DNA of 63,889 nt, counting the filler, from Bilabrum cf. latius (lineage: Eukaryota), in the NCBI GenBank assembly GCA_965178125.1. It is 3 parts of 3 records of this genome, joined end to end, with 100 filler letters (N's around TTAATTAATTAA, not from the genome) between each part and the next. Parts side by side here need not be neighbours in the genome. Positions count along the whole stretch, not along the records: positions 24,429 to 48,578 come from CBCXTV010000042.1; 2 more parts are not named here. One strand, given 5' to 3'. Positions 24,835 through 38,531 of this stretch are shown here, piece by piece. How positions within the stretch are numbered: the stretch's first letter is position 1; every line of letters starts with the position of its first letter. A program made the translations under genes and the position numbers. A model generated the notes under the pieces. That model was not told the DNA's origin. It saw only the letters and a program-made list of their open reading frames with translations, and searched no databases.

Positions 24835-26589
24835 TTCTCCAAACTTCGCACACATGACACATGATGATGACTCAAAGTGCGAATGAACGGCTGAAATCAA
24901 GAAATCTCATTTACAGCTAATGAACGCCCCTAAGGAAAACCTCTTACCTAACCCGAACCCATGTACGTATGCAAACCCAACCATGTAGGTGTGCAAACCC
25001 CATACTTGCAATGCTTGATGTAATAGAATCACGGGGAACATTTGCCCCCAGTTGTGGTCCCAGGCCGTCCCGATGCAGTTTGAACGGTCTTCATATCTCA
25101 TCTGGTTGCCGAGATCGCCGCGCGCATTTTTTCTGCATGACAATCTTCGTCCCACCATACTGTCGCCGCGCGGTATAAACGGAACCTGGGGAACATTTGC
25201 CCCCTGTTGTGGTCCCAGGCCGTCCCGATGCAGTTTGAACGGTCTTCATATCTCCTGTGGTTGCCGAGATCGCCGCGCGCATTTTTTCTGCCTGAAAATC
25301 TTCGTCCCCCCATACTGTCGCCGCGCGGTCAAAACGGAATCTGGGGAACATTTGCCCCACATTGTACCCCCAGGCCGTCCCGATGCAGTATGAACGGTCT
25401 TCATATCTCATCTGGTTGCCGAGATCGTCGCGCGCATTTTTTCTGCATGACAATCTTCGTCCAGCCATATTGTCGCCGCGCGGAATAAACGGAACCTGGG
25501 GAACATTTGCCCCCAGTTGTGGTCCCAGGCCGTCCCGATGCAGTTTGAACGGTCTTCATATCTCATCTGGTTGCCGAGATCGCCGCGCGCATTTTTTCTG
25601 CATGACAATCTTCGTCCAGCCATATTGTCGCCGCGCGGTATAAACGGAACCTGGGGAACATTTGCCCCCAGTTGTGGTCCCAGGCCGTCCCGATGCAGTT
25701 TGAACGGTCTTCATATCTCCTGTGGTTGCCGAGATCGCCGCGCGCATTTTTTCTGCCTGAAAATCTTCGTCCCCCCATACTGTCGCCGCGCGGTCAAAAC
25801 GGAATCTGGGGAACATTTGCCCCACATTGTACCCCCAGGCCGTCCCGATGCAGTATGAACGGTCTTCATATCTCATCTGGTTGCCGAGATCGCCGCGCGC
25901 ATTTTTTCTGCATGACAATCTTCGTCCAGCCATATTGTCGCCGCGCGGTATAAACGGAACCTGGGGAACATTTGCCCCCAGTTGTGGTCCCAGGCCGTCC
26001 CGATGCAGTTTGAACGGTCTTCATATCTCATCTGGTTGCCGAGATCGCCGCGCGCATTTTTTCTGCATGACAATCTTCGTCCAGCCATATTGTCGCCGCG
26101 CGGTATAAACGGAACCTGGGGAACATTTGCCCCCAGTTGTGGTCCCAGGCCGTCCCGATGCAGTTTGAACGGTCTTCATATCTCATCTGGTTGCCGAGAT
26201 CGTCGCGCGCATTTTTTCTGCATGACAATCTTCGTCCAGCCATATTGTCGCCGCGCGGTATAAACGGAACCTGGGGAACATTTGCCTAACATTGTACCCC
26301 CAGGCCGTCCCGATGCAGTTTGAACAGTCTTCATATCTCATCTGGTTGCCGAGATCGTTGCGCGCATTTTTTCTGCATGACAATCTTCGTCCAGCCATAT
26401 TGTCGCCGCGCGGTCAAAACGGAACCTGGGGAACATTTGCCCCACATTGTACCCCCAGGCCGTCCCGATGCAGTTTGAACGGTCCTCATATCTCATCTGG
26501 TTGCCGAGATCGTCGCGCGCATTTTTTCGACAAAAAGTGAAGATGAAAATTTTTTTTCCCCGACCCTGTCCCTGACTTTATATTAGATA
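24835..26589 (+). mobile_element. Telomeric cassette A, copy 1 (198-bp leader, ~9.6 x 155-bp satellite A, conserved terminus)
   Basis: Leader 24835-25032, satellite 25033-26527, terminus 26528-26589. The structure is seen directly; mobility is inferred. Confidence 0.7.
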
Positions 26590-26841
26590 CCCTAACCCTA
26601 ACCCTAACCCTAACCCTAACCCTAACCCTAACCCTAACCCTAACCCTAACCCTAACCCTAACCCTAACCCTAACCCTAACCCTAACCCTAACCCTAACCC
26701 TAACCCTAACCCTAACCCTAACCCTAACCCTAACCCTAACCCTAACCCTAACCCTAACCCTAACCCTAACCCTAACCCTAACCCTAACCCTAACCCTAAC
26801 CCTAACCCTAACCCTAACCCTAACCCTAACCTTAACCCTAA

Positions 26842-27615
26842 TACCTTAGATCAAAGCAATCCACACAGCAAATACAACTGTCATGTACACCATCCCCATT
26901 CTACAATTGACAGATAAACCATGCATATTGAATAGACATGCAAATCTTCATACACCCATATCAGCGCCGCGCGGCCAGAACGGAACCTGGGGAATATTTG
27001 GCCCATGTTGTGCCCCCAGGCCGTCCCGATGCAGTTTGAACGGTCTTCATATCACCTGTAGTTGCCGAGATCGTAGCACGTCGTTTTTCGGTGTGAAATT
27101 CTTCATACACCCATATCGGCGCCGCGCGGCCAGAACGGAACCTGGGGAACATTTGGCCCATGTTGTGCCCCCAGGCCGTCCCGATGCAGTTTGAACGGTC
27201 TTCATATCACCTGTAGTTGCCGAGATCGTAGCACGTCGTTTTTCGGTGTGAAATTCTTCATACACCCATATCGGCGCCGCGCGGCCAGAACGGAACCTGG
27301 GGAACATTTGGCCCATGTTGTGCCCCCAGGCCGTCCCGATGCAGTTTGAACGGTCTTCATATCACCTGTAGTTGCCGAGATCGTAGCACGTCGTTTTTCG
27401 GTGTGAAATTCTTCATACACCCATATCGGCGCCGCGCGGCCAGAACGGAACCTGGGGAACATTTGGCCCATGTTGTGCCCCCAGGCCGTCCCGATGCAGT
27501 TTGAACGGTCTTCATATCACCTGTAGTTGCCGAGATCGTAGCACGTCGTTTTTCGACAAATATTGAAGATGAAAATATTTTTTCCCCGACCCTGTCCCTG
27601 ACTTTATATTAGATA
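26842..27615 (+). mobile_element. Telomeric cassette B, copy 1 (100-bp leader, ~4 x 155-bp satellite B, terminus)
   Basis: Leader 26842-26941 matches 36688-36787; terminus 27554-27615. Confidence 0.7.
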
Positions 27616-27998
27616 CCCTAACCCTAACCCTAACCCTAACCCTAACCCTAACCCTAACCCTAACCCTAACCCTAACCCTAACCCTAACCCTAACCCTAAC
27701 CCTAACCCTAACCCTAACCCTAACCCTAACCCTAACCCTAACCCTAACCCTAACCCTAACCCTAACCCTAACCCTAACCCTAACCCTAACCCTAACCCTA
27801 ACCCTAACCCTAACCCTAACCCTAACCCTAACCCTAACCCTAACCCTAACCCTAACCCTAACCCTAACCCTAACCCTAACCCTAACCCTAACCCTAACCC
27901 TAACCCTAACCCTAACCCTAACCCTAACCCTAACCCTAACCCTAACCCTAACCCTAACCCTAACCCTAACCCTAACCCTAACCCTAACCCTAACCCTA

Positions 27999-29753
27999 TT
28001 CTCCAAACTTCGCACACATGACACATGATGATGACTCAAAGTGCGAATGAACGGCTGAAATCAAGAAATCTCATTTACAGCTAATGAACGCCCCTAAGGA
28101 AAACCTCTTACCTAACCCGAACCCATGTACGTATGCAAACCCAACCATGTAGGTGTGCAAACCCCATACTTGCAATGCTTGATGTAATAGAATCACGGGG
28201 AACATTTGCCCCCAGTTGTGGTCCCAGGCCGTCCCGATGCAGTTTGAACGGTCTTCATATCTCATCTGGTTGCCGAGATCGCCGCGCGCATTTTTTCTGC
28301 ATGACAATCTTCGTCCCACCATACTGTCGCCGCGCGGTATAAACGGAACCTGGGGAACATTTGCCCCCTGTTGTGGTCCCAGGCCGTCCCGATGCAGTTT
28401 GAACGGTCTTCATATCTCCTGTGGTTGCCGAGATCGCCGCGCGCATTTTTTCTGCCTGAAAATCTTCGTCCCCCCATACTGTCGCCGCGCGGTCAAAACG
28501 GAATCTGGGGAACATTTGCCCCACATTGTACCCCCAGGCCGTCCCGATGCAGTATGAACGGTCTTCATATCTCATCTGGTTGCCGAGATCGTCGCGCGCA
28601 TTTTTTCTGCATGACAATCTTCGTCCAGCCATATTGTCGCCGCGCGGAATAAACGGAACCTGGGGAACATTTGCCCCCAGTTGTGGTCCCAGGCCGTCCC
28701 GATGCAGTTTGAACGGTCTTCATATCTCATCTGGTTGCCGAGATCGCCGCGCGCATTTTTTCTGCATGACAATCTTCGTCCAGCCATATTGTCGCCGCGC
28801 GGTATAAACGGAACCTGGGGAACATTTGCCCCCAGTTGTGGTCCCAGGCCGTCCCGATGCAGTTTGAACGGTCTTCATATCTCCTGTGGTTGCCGAGATC
28901 GCCGCGCGCATTTTTTCTGCCTGAAAATCTTCGTCCCCCCATACTGTCGCCGCGCGGTCAAAACGGAATCTGGGGAACATTTGCCCCACATTGTACCCCC
29001 AGGCCGTCCCGATGCAGTATGAACGGTCTTCATATCTCATCTGGTTGCCGAGATCGTCGCGCGCATTTTTTCTGCATGACAATCTTCGTCCAGCCATATT
29101 GTCGCCGCGCGGTATAAACGGAACCTGGGGAACATTTGCCCCCAGTTGTGGTCCCAGGCCGTCCCGATGCAGTTTGAACGGTCTTCATATCTCATCTGGT
29201 TGCCGAGATCGCCGCGCGCATTTTTTCTGCATGACAATCTTCGTCCAGCCATATTGTCGCCGCGCGGTATAAACGGAACCTGGGGAACATTTGCCCCCAG
29301 TTGTGGTCCCAGGCCGTCCCGATGCAGTTTGAACGGTCTTCATATCTCATCTGGTTGCCGAGATCGTCGCGCGCATTTTTTCTGCATGACAATCTTCGTC
29401 CAGCCATATTGTCGCCGCGCGGTATAAACGGAACCTGGGGAACATTTGCCTAACATTGTACCCCCAGGCCGTCCCGATGCAGTTTGAACAGTCTTCATAT
29501 CTCATCTGGTTGCCGAGATCGTTGCGCGCATTTTTTCTGCATGACAATCTTCGTCCAGCCATATTGTCGCCGCGCGGTCAAAACGGAACCTGGGGAACAT
29601 TTGCCCCACATTGTACCCCCAGGCCGTCCCGATGCAGTTTGAACGGTCCTCATATCTCATCTGGTTGCCGAGATCGTCGCGCGCATTTTTTCGACAAAAA
29701 GTGAAGATGAAAATTTTTTTTCCCCGACCCTGTCCCTGACTTTATATTAGATA
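27999..29753 (+). mobile_element. Telomeric cassette A, copy 2
   Basis: Copy of 24835-26589 at offset 3164, with a C/T difference at 25893/29057. Confidence 0.7.
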
Positions 29754-30005
29754 CCCTAACCCTAACCCTAACCCTAACCCTAACCCTAACCCTAACCCTA
29801 ACCCTAACCCTAACCCTAACCCTAACCCTAACCCTAACCCTAACCCTAACCCTAACCCTAACCCTAACCCTAACCCTAACCCTAACCCTAACCCTAACCC
29901 TAACCCTAACCCTAACCCTAACCCTAACCCTAACCCTAACCCTAACCCTAACCCTAACCCTAACCCTAACCCTAACCCTAACCCTAACCCTAACCTTAAC
30001 CCTAA

Positions 30006-30779
30006 TACCTTAGATCAAAGCAATCCACACAGCAAATACAACTGTCATGTACACCATCCCCATTCTACAATTGACAGATAAACCATGCATATTGAATAGA
30101 CATGCAAATCTTCATACACCCATATCAGCGCCGCGCGGCCAGAACGGAACCTGGGGAATATTTGGCCCATGTTGTGCCCCCAGGCCGTCCCGATGCAGTT
30201 TGAACGGTCTTCATATCACCTGTAGTTGCCGAGATCGTAGCACGTCGTTTTTCGGTGTGAAATTCTTCATACACCCATATCGGCGCCGCGCGGCCAGAAC
30301 GGAACCTGGGGAACATTTGGCCCATGTTGTGCCCCCAGGCCGTCCCGATGCAGTTTGAACGGTCTTCATATCACCTGTAGTTGCCGAGATCGTAGCACGT
30401 CGTTTTTCGGTGTGAAATTCTTCATACACCCATATCGGCGCCGCGCGGCCAGAACGGAACCTGGGGAACATTTGGCCCATGTTGTGCCCCCAGGCCGTCC
30501 CGATGCAGTTTGAACGGTCTTCATATCACCTGTAGTTGCCGAGATCGTAGCACGTCGTTTTTCGGTGTGAAATTCTTCATACACCCATATCGGCGCCGCG
30601 CGGCCAGAACGGAACCTGGGGAACATTTGGCCCATGTTGTGCCCCCAGGCCGTCCCGATGCAGTTTGAACGGTCTTCATATCACCTGTAGTTGCCGAGAT
30701 CGTAGCACGTCGTTTTTCGACAAATATTGAAGATGAAAATATTTTTTCCCCGACCCTGTCCCTGACTTTATATTAGATA
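30006..30779 (+). mobile_element. Telomeric cassette B, copy 2
   Basis: Copy of 26842-27615 at offset 3164. Confidence 0.7.
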
Positions 30780-30988
30780 CCCTAACCCTAACCCTAACCC
30801 TAACCCTAACCCTAACCCTAACCCTAACCCTAACCCTAACCCTAACCCTAACCCTAACCCTAACCCTAACCCTAACCCTAACCCTAACCCTAACCCTAAC
30901 CCTAACCCTAACCCTAACCCTAACCCTAACCCTAACCCTAACCCTAACCCTAACCCTAACCCTAACCCTAACCCTTAACCCCCCCCCC

Positions 30989-31983
30989 TTGCAGCATGTA
31001 AATCTTCATCGATCCATATCGGCGCCGCGCGACAAAAACGGAACCTGGGGAACATTTGCCCCATGTTGTGCCCCTAGGCGGTCCTAATGCCGTTTCAACG
31101 GTCTTCATATCTCCTGTGGTTGCCGAGATCCTATGTTGTATTTTTGCAGCATGTAAATCTTCATCGATCCATATCGGCGCCGCGCGACAAAAACGGAACC
31201 TGGGGAACATTTGCCCCATGTTGTGCCCCCAGGCGGTCCTAATGCCGTTTCAACGGTCTTCATATCTCCTGTGGTTGCCGAGATCCTATGTTGTATTTTT
31301 GCAGCATGTAAATCTTCATCGATCCATATCGGCACCGCGCGACAAAAACGGAACCTGGGGAACATTTGCCCCATGTTGTGCCCCTAGGCGGTCCTAATGC
31401 CGTTTCAACGGTCTTCATATCTCCTGTGGTTGCCGAAATCCTATGTTGTATTTTTGCAGCATGTAAATCTTCATCGATCCATATCGGCACCGCGCGACAA
31501 AAACGGAACCTGGGGAACATTTGCCCCATGTTGTGCCCCTAGGCGGTCCTAATGCCGTTTCAACGGTCTTCATATCTCCTGTGGTTGCCGAGATCCTATG
31601 TTGTATTTTTGCAGCATGTAAATCTTCATCGATCCATATCGGCGCCGCGCGACAAAAACGGAACCTGGGGAACATTTGCCCCATGTTGTGCCCCTAGGCG
31701 GTCCTAATGCCGTTTCAACGGTCTTCATATCTCCTGTGGTTGCCGAGATCCTATGTTGTATTTTTGCAGCATGTAAATCTTCATCGATCCATATCGGCGC
31801 CGCGCGACAAAAACGGAACCTGGGGAGCATTTGCCCCATGTTGTGCCCCTAGGCGGTCCTAATGCCGTTTCAACGGTCTTCATATCTCCTGTGGTTGCCG
31901 AGATCCTATGTTGTATTTTTTCGACAAAAAGTGAAGATGAAAATATTTTTTCCCCGACCCTGTCCCTGACTTTATATTAGATA
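30989..31983 (+). mobile_element. Telomeric cassette C, copy 1 (6 x 155-bp satellite C, terminus)
   Basis: Preceded by CCCTTAA + C10; terminus 31922-31983. Confidence 0.7.
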
Positions 31984-32294
31984 CCCTAACCCTAACCCTA
32001 ACCCTAACCCTAACCCTAACCCTAACCCTAACCCTAACCCTAACCCTAACCCTAACCCTAACCCTAACCCTAACCCTAACCCTAACCCTAACCCTAACCC
32101 TAACCCTAACCCTAACCCTAACCCTAACCCTAACCCTAACCCTAACCCTAACCCTAACCCTAACCCTAACCCTAACCCTAACCCTAACCCTAACCCTAAC
32201 CCTAACCCTAACCCTAACCCTAACCCTAACCCTAACCCTAACCCTAACCCTAACCCTAACCCTAACCCTAACCCTAACCCTTAACCCCCCCCCC

Positions 32295-33289
32295 TTGCAG
32301 CATGTAAATCTTCATCGATCCATATCGGCGCCGCGCGACAAAAACGGAACCTGGGGAACATTTGCCCCATGTTGTGCCCCTAGGCGGTCCTAATGCCGTT
32401 TCAACGGTCTTCATATCTCCTGTGGTTGCCGAGATCCTATGTTGTATTTTTGCAGCATGTAAATCTTCATCGATCCATATCGGCGCCGCGCGACAAAAAC
32501 GGAACCTGGGGAACATTTGCCCCATGTTGTGCCCCCAGGCGGTCCTAATGCCGTTTCAACGGTCTTCATATCTCCTGTGGTTGCCGAGATCCTATGTTGT
32601 ATTTTTGCAGCATGTAAATCTTCATCGATCCATATCGGCACCGCGCGACAAAAACGGAACCTGGGGAACATTTGCCCCATGTTGTGCCCCTAGGCGGTCC
32701 TAATGCCGTTTCAACGGTCTTCATATCTCCTGTGGTTGCCGAAATCCTATGTTGTATTTTTGCAGCATGTAAATCTTCATCGATCCATATCGGCACCGCG
32801 CGACAAAAACGGAACCTGGGGAACATTTGCCCCATGTTGTGCCCCTAGGCGGTCCTAATGCCGTTTCAACGGTCTTCATATCTCCTGTGGTTGCCGAGAT
32901 CCTATGTTGTATTTTTGCAGCATGTAAATCTTCATCGATCCATATCGGCGCCGCGCGACAAAAACGGAACCTGGGGAACATTTGCCCCATGTTGTGCCCC
33001 TAGGCGGTCCTAATGCCGTTTCAACGGTCTTCATATCTCCTGTGGTTGCCGAGATCCTATGTTGTATTTTTGCAGCATGTAAATCTTCATCGATCCATAT
33101 CGGCGCCGCGCGACAAAAACGGAACCTGGGGAGCATTTGCCCCATGTTGTGCCCCTAGGCGGTCCTAATGCCGTTTCAACGGTCTTCATATCTCCTGTGG
33201 TTGCCGAGATCCTATGTTGTATTTTTTCGACAAAAAGTGAAGATGAAAATATTTTTTCCCCGACCCTGTCCCTGACTTTATATTAGATA
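32295..33289 (+). mobile_element. Telomeric cassette C, copy 2
   Basis: Offset 1306 from copy 1, with the same diagnostic variants. Confidence 0.7.
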
Positions 33290-33600
33290 CCCTAACCCTA
33301 ACCCTAACCCTAACCCTAACCCTAACCCTAACCCTAACCCTAACCCTAACCCTAACCCTAACCCTAACCCTAACCCTAACCCTAACCCTAACCCTAACCC
33401 TAACCCTAACCCTAACCCTAACCCTAACCCTAACCCTAACCCTAACCCTAACCCTAACCCTAACCCTAACCCTAACCCTAACCCTAACCCTAACCCTAAC
33501 CCTAACCCTAACCCTAACCCTAACCCTAACCCTAACCCTAACCCTAACCCTAACCCTAACCCTAACCCTAACCCTAACCCTAACCCTTAACCCCCCCCCC

Positions 33601-34595
33601 TTGCAGCATGTAAATCTTCATCGATCCATATCGGCGCCGCGCGACAAAAACGGAACCTGGGGAACATTTGCCCCATGTTGTGCCCCTAGGCGGTCCTAAT
33701 GCCGTTTCAACGGTCTTCATATCTCCTGTGGTTGCCGAGATCCTATGTTGTATTTTTGCAGCATGTAAATCTTCATCGATCCATATCGGCGCCGCGCGAC
33801 AAAAACGGAACCTGGGGAACATTTGCCCCATGTTGTGCCCCCAGGCGGTCCTAATGCCGTTTCAACGGTCTTCATATCTCCTGTGGTTGCCGAGATCCTA
33901 TGTTGTATTTTTGCAGCATGTAAATCTTCATCGATCCATATCGGCACCGCGCGACAAAAACGGAACCTGGGGAACATTTGCCCCATGTTGTGCCCCTAGG
34001 CGGTCCTAATGCCGTTTCAACGGTCTTCATATCTCCTGTGGTTGCCGAAATCCTATGTTGTATTTTTGCAGCATGTAAATCTTCATCGATCCATATCGGC
34101 ACCGCGCGACAAAAACGGAACCTGGGGAACATTTGCCCCATGTTGTGCCCCTAGGCGGTCCTAATGCCGTTTCAACGGTCTTCATATCTCCTGTGGTTGC
34201 CGAGATCCTATGTTGTATTTTTGCAGCATGTAAATCTTCATCGATCCATATCGGCGCCGCGCGACAAAAACGGAACCTGGGGAACATTTGCCCCATGTTG
34301 TGCCCCTAGGCGGTCCTAATGCCGTTTCAACGGTCTTCATATCTCCTGTGGTTGCCGAGATCCTATGTTGTATTTTTGCAGCATGTAAATCTTCATCGAT
34401 CCATATCGGCGCCGCGCGACAAAAACGGAACCTGGGGAGCATTTGCCCCATGTTGTGCCCCTAGGCGGTCCTAATGCCGTTTCAACGGTCTTCATATCTC
34501 CTGTGGTTGCCGAGATCCTATGTTGTATTTTTTCGACAAAAAGTGAAGATGAAAATATTTTTTCCCCGACCCTGTCCCTGACTTTATATTAGATA
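33601..34595 (+). mobile_element. Telomeric cassette C, copy 3
   Basis: Offset 1306 from copy 2. Confidence 0.7.
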
Positions 34596-34698
34596 CCCTA
34601 ACCCTAACCCTAACCCTAACCCTAACCCTAACCCTAACCCTAACCCTAACCCTAACCCTAACCCTAACCCTAACCCTAACCCTAACCCTAACCCTACC

Positions 34699-36014
34699 CA
34701 TTTTTTCTGCATGACAATCTTCGTCCAGCCATATTGTCGCCGCGCGGTCAAAACGGAACCTGGGGAACATTTGCCCCACATTGTACCCCCAGGCCGTCCC
34801 GATGCAGTTTGAACGGTCTTCATATCTCATCTGGTTGCCGAGATCGTCGCGCGCATTTTTTCTGCATGACAATCTTCGTCCAGCCATATTGTCGCCGCGC
34901 GGTCAAAACGGAACCTGGGGAACATTTGCCCCACATTGTACCCCCAGGCCGTCCCGATGCAGTTTGAACGGTCTTCATATCTCATCTGGTTGCCGAGATC
35001 GTCGCGCGCATTTTTTCTGCATGACAATCTTCGTCCAGCCATATTGTCGCCGCGCGGTCAAAACGGAACCTGGGGAACATTTGCCCCACATTGTACCCCC
35101 AGGCCGTCCCGATGCAGTTTGAACGGTCTTCATATCTCATCTGGTTGCCGAGATCGTCGCGCGCATTTTTTCTGCATGACAATCTTCGTCCAGCCATATT
35201 GTCGCCGCGCGGTCAAAACGGAACCTGGGGAACATTTGCCCCACATTGTACCCCCAGGCCGTCCCGATGCAGTTTGAACGGTCTTCATATCTCATCTGGT
35301 TGCCGAGATCGTCGCGCGCATTTTTTCTGCATGACAATCTTCGTCCAGCCATATTGTCGCCGCGCGGTCAAAACGGAACCTGGGGAACATTTGCCCCACA
35401 TTGTACCCCCAGGCCGTCCCGATGCAGTTTGAACGGTCTTCATATCTCATCTGGTTGCCGAGATCGTCGCGCGCATTTTTTCTGCATGACAATCTTCGTC
35501 CAGCCATATTGTCGCCGCGCGGTCAAAACGGAACCTGGGGAACATTTGCCCCCTGTTGTGGTCCCAGGCCGTCCCGATGCAGTTTGAACGGTCTTCATAT
35601 CTCATCTGGTTGCCGAGATCGTCGCGCGCATTTTTTCTGCATGACAATCTTTGTCCAGCCATATTGTCGCCGCGCGGTCAAAACGGAACCTGGGGAACAT
35701 TTGCCCCACATTGTACCCCCAGGCCGTCCCGATGCAGTTTGAACGGTCTTCATATCTCATCTGGTTGCCGAGATCGTCGCGCGCATTTTTTCTGCATGAC
35801 AATCTTCGTCCAGCCATATTGTCGCCGCGCGGGCGCGGTATAAACGGAACCTGGGGAACATTTGCCCAACATTGTACCCCCAGGCCGTCCCGATGCAGTT
35901 TGAACGGTCCTCATATCTCATCTGGTTGCCGAGATCGTCGCGCGCATTTTTTCGACAAAAAGTGAAGATGAAAATTTTTTTTCCCCGACCCTGTCCCTGA
36001 CTTTATATTAGATA
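34699..36014 (+). mobile_element. Telomeric cassette A' (~8 x 155-bp satellite A variant, terminus)
   Basis: Starts mid-unit directly after telomeric repeats; terminus 35953-36014. Confidence 0.7.
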
Positions 36015-36391
36015 CCCTAACCCTAACCCTAACCCTAACCCTAACCCTAACCCTAACCCTAACCCTAACCCTAACCCTAACCCTAACCCTAACCCTAACC
36101 CTAACCCTAACCCTAACCCTAACCCTAACCCTAACCCTAACCCTAACCCTAACCCTAACCCTAACCCTAACCCTAACCCTAACCCTAACCCTAACCCTAA
36201 CCCTAACCCTAACCCTAACCCTAACCCTAACCCTAACCCTAACCCTAACCCTAACCCTAACCCTAACCCTAACCCTAACCCTAACCCTAACCCTAACCCT
36301 AACCCTAACCCTAACCCTAACCCTAACCCTAACCCTAACCCTAACCCTAACCCTAACCCTAACCCTAACCCTAACCCTAACCCTAACCTAA

Positions 36392-36538
36392 ACCGAGGCA
36401 ACAATTGAAGAGAGGGACCGCGAGTTGGAAATGTTCGCAAACCTGATGACGGCCCTCGAGAAGACGGCGAAAGGAGATCTCAATGCGGCAGACGTCGACG
36501 CTGTGGAAGCGCTCCTAGCAGCTTTCGGTGACGAGTGA
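36392..36538 (+). pseudogene. 5'-truncated ORF tail (48 aa, acidic, probably helical)
   Basis: TEATIEERDRELEMFANLMTALEKTAKGDLNAADVDAVEALLAAFGDE-TGA, open from the telomere junction. Confidence 0.55.
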
Positions 36539-37926
36539 GAGGCAGGCAGGGGGACGGCAATTGAGGTCAGTGGCAGCTGGGCCAGCTTGTGAGAGGAGTT
36601 TGCCAAAGTGTCTGCCATTGACCCATTCGGACGCAGCATTAGGAGCCGGGAGGCATTCTGTTGAGTCTTGACGTGTCAACCAGTTAATACCTTAGATCAA
36701 AGCAATCCACACAGCAAATACAACTGTCATGTACACCATACCCATTCTACAATTGACAGATAAACCATGCATATTGAATAAACATGCAAATCTTCATACA
36801 CCCATATCGGCGCCGCGCGGCCAGAACGGAACCTGGGGAACATTTGGCCCATGTTGTGCTCCCAGGCCGTCCCGATGCAGTTTGAACGGTCTTCATATCA
36901 CCTGTAGTTGCCGAGATCGTAGCACGTCGTTTTTCGGTGTGAAATTCTTCATACACCCATATCGGCGCCGCGCGGCCAGAACGGAACCTGGGGAACATTT
37001 GGCCCATGTTGTGCCCCCAGGCCGTCCCGATGCAGTTTGAACGGTCTTCATATCACCTGTAGTTGCCGAGATCGTAGCACGTCGTTTTTCGGTGTGAAAT
37101 TCTTCATACACCCATATCGGCGCCGCGCGGCCAGAACGGAACCTGGGGAACATTTGGCCCATGTTGTGCCCCCAGGCCGTCCCGATGCAGTTTGAACGGT
37201 CTTCATATCACCTGTAGTTGCCGAGATCGTAGCACGTCGTTTTTCGGTGTGAAATTCTTCATACACCCATATCGGCGCCGCGCGGCCAGAACGGAACCTG
37301 GGGAACATTTGGCCCATGTTGTGCCCCCAGGCCGTCCCGATGCAGTTTGAACGGTCTTCATATCACCTGTAGTTGCCGAGATCGTAGCACGTCGTTTTTC
37401 GGTGTGAAATTCTTCATACACCCATATCGGCGCCGCGCGGCCAGAACGGAACCTGGGGAACATTTGGCCCATGTTGTGCCCCCAGGCCGTCCCGATGCAG
37501 TTTGAACGGTCTTCATATCACCTGTAGTTGCCGAGATCGTAGCACGTCGTTTTTCGGTGTGAAATTCTTCATACACCCATATCGGCGCCGCGCGGCCAGA
37601 ACGGAACCTGGGGAACATTTGGCCCATGTTGTGCCCCCAGGCCGTCCCGATGCAGTTTGAACGGTCTTCATATCACCTGTAGTTGCCGAGATCGTAGCAC
37701 GTCGTTTTTCGGTGTGAAATTCTTCATACACCCATATCGGCGCCACGCGGCCAGAACGGAACCTGGGGAACATTTGGCCCATGTTGTGCCCCCAGGCCGT
37801 CCCGATGCAGTTTGAACGGTCTTCATATCACCTGTAGTTACCGAGATCGTAGCACGTCGTTTTTCGACAAATATTGAAGATGAAAATATTTTTTCCCCGA
37901 CCCTGTCCCTGACTTTATATTAGATA
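36392..37926 (+). mobile_element. Telomeric cassette B-long (ORF tail, unique sequence, ~7 x 155-bp satellite B, terminus)
   Basis: Extends 296 bp further tip-ward than B copies 1 and 2; terminus 37865-37926. Confidence 0.72.
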
Positions 37927-38531
37927 CCCTAACCCTAACCCTAACCCTAACCCTAACCCTAACCCTAACCCTAACCCTAACCCTAACCCTAACCCTAACC
38001 CTAACCCTAACCCTAACCCTAACCCTAACCCTAACCCTAACCCTAACCCTAACCCTAACCCTAACCCTAACCCTAACCCTAACCCTAACCCTAACCCTAA
38101 CCCTAACCCTAACCCTAACCCTAACCCTAACCCTAACCCTAACCCTAACCCTAACCCTAACCCTAACCCTAACCCTAACCCTAACCCTAACCCTAACCCT
38201 AACCCTAACCCTAACCCTAACCCTAACCCTAACCCTAACCCTAACCCTAACCCTAACCCTAACCCTAACCCTAACCCTAACCCTAACCCTAACCCTAACC
38301 CTAACCCTAACCCTAACCCTAACCCTAACCCTAACCCTAACCCTAACCCTAACCCTAACCCTAACCCTAACCCTAACCCTAACCCTAACCCTAACCCTAA
38401 CCCTAACCCTAACCCTAACCCTAACCCTAACCCTAACCCTAACCCTAACCCTAACCCTAACCCTAACCCTAACCCTAACCCTAACCCTAACCCTAACCCT
38501 AACCCTAACCCTAACCCTAACCCTAACCCTA

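Noticed and set aside
36443-36525. Possible hammerhead ribozyme core (CTGATGA...GAAA), of interest because Penelope-like elements carry them
   Set aside because: Stem II does not close directly on the core and stem I cannot form; the motif lies inside a coding frame. I saw no hammerhead core in the 155-bp monomers either.
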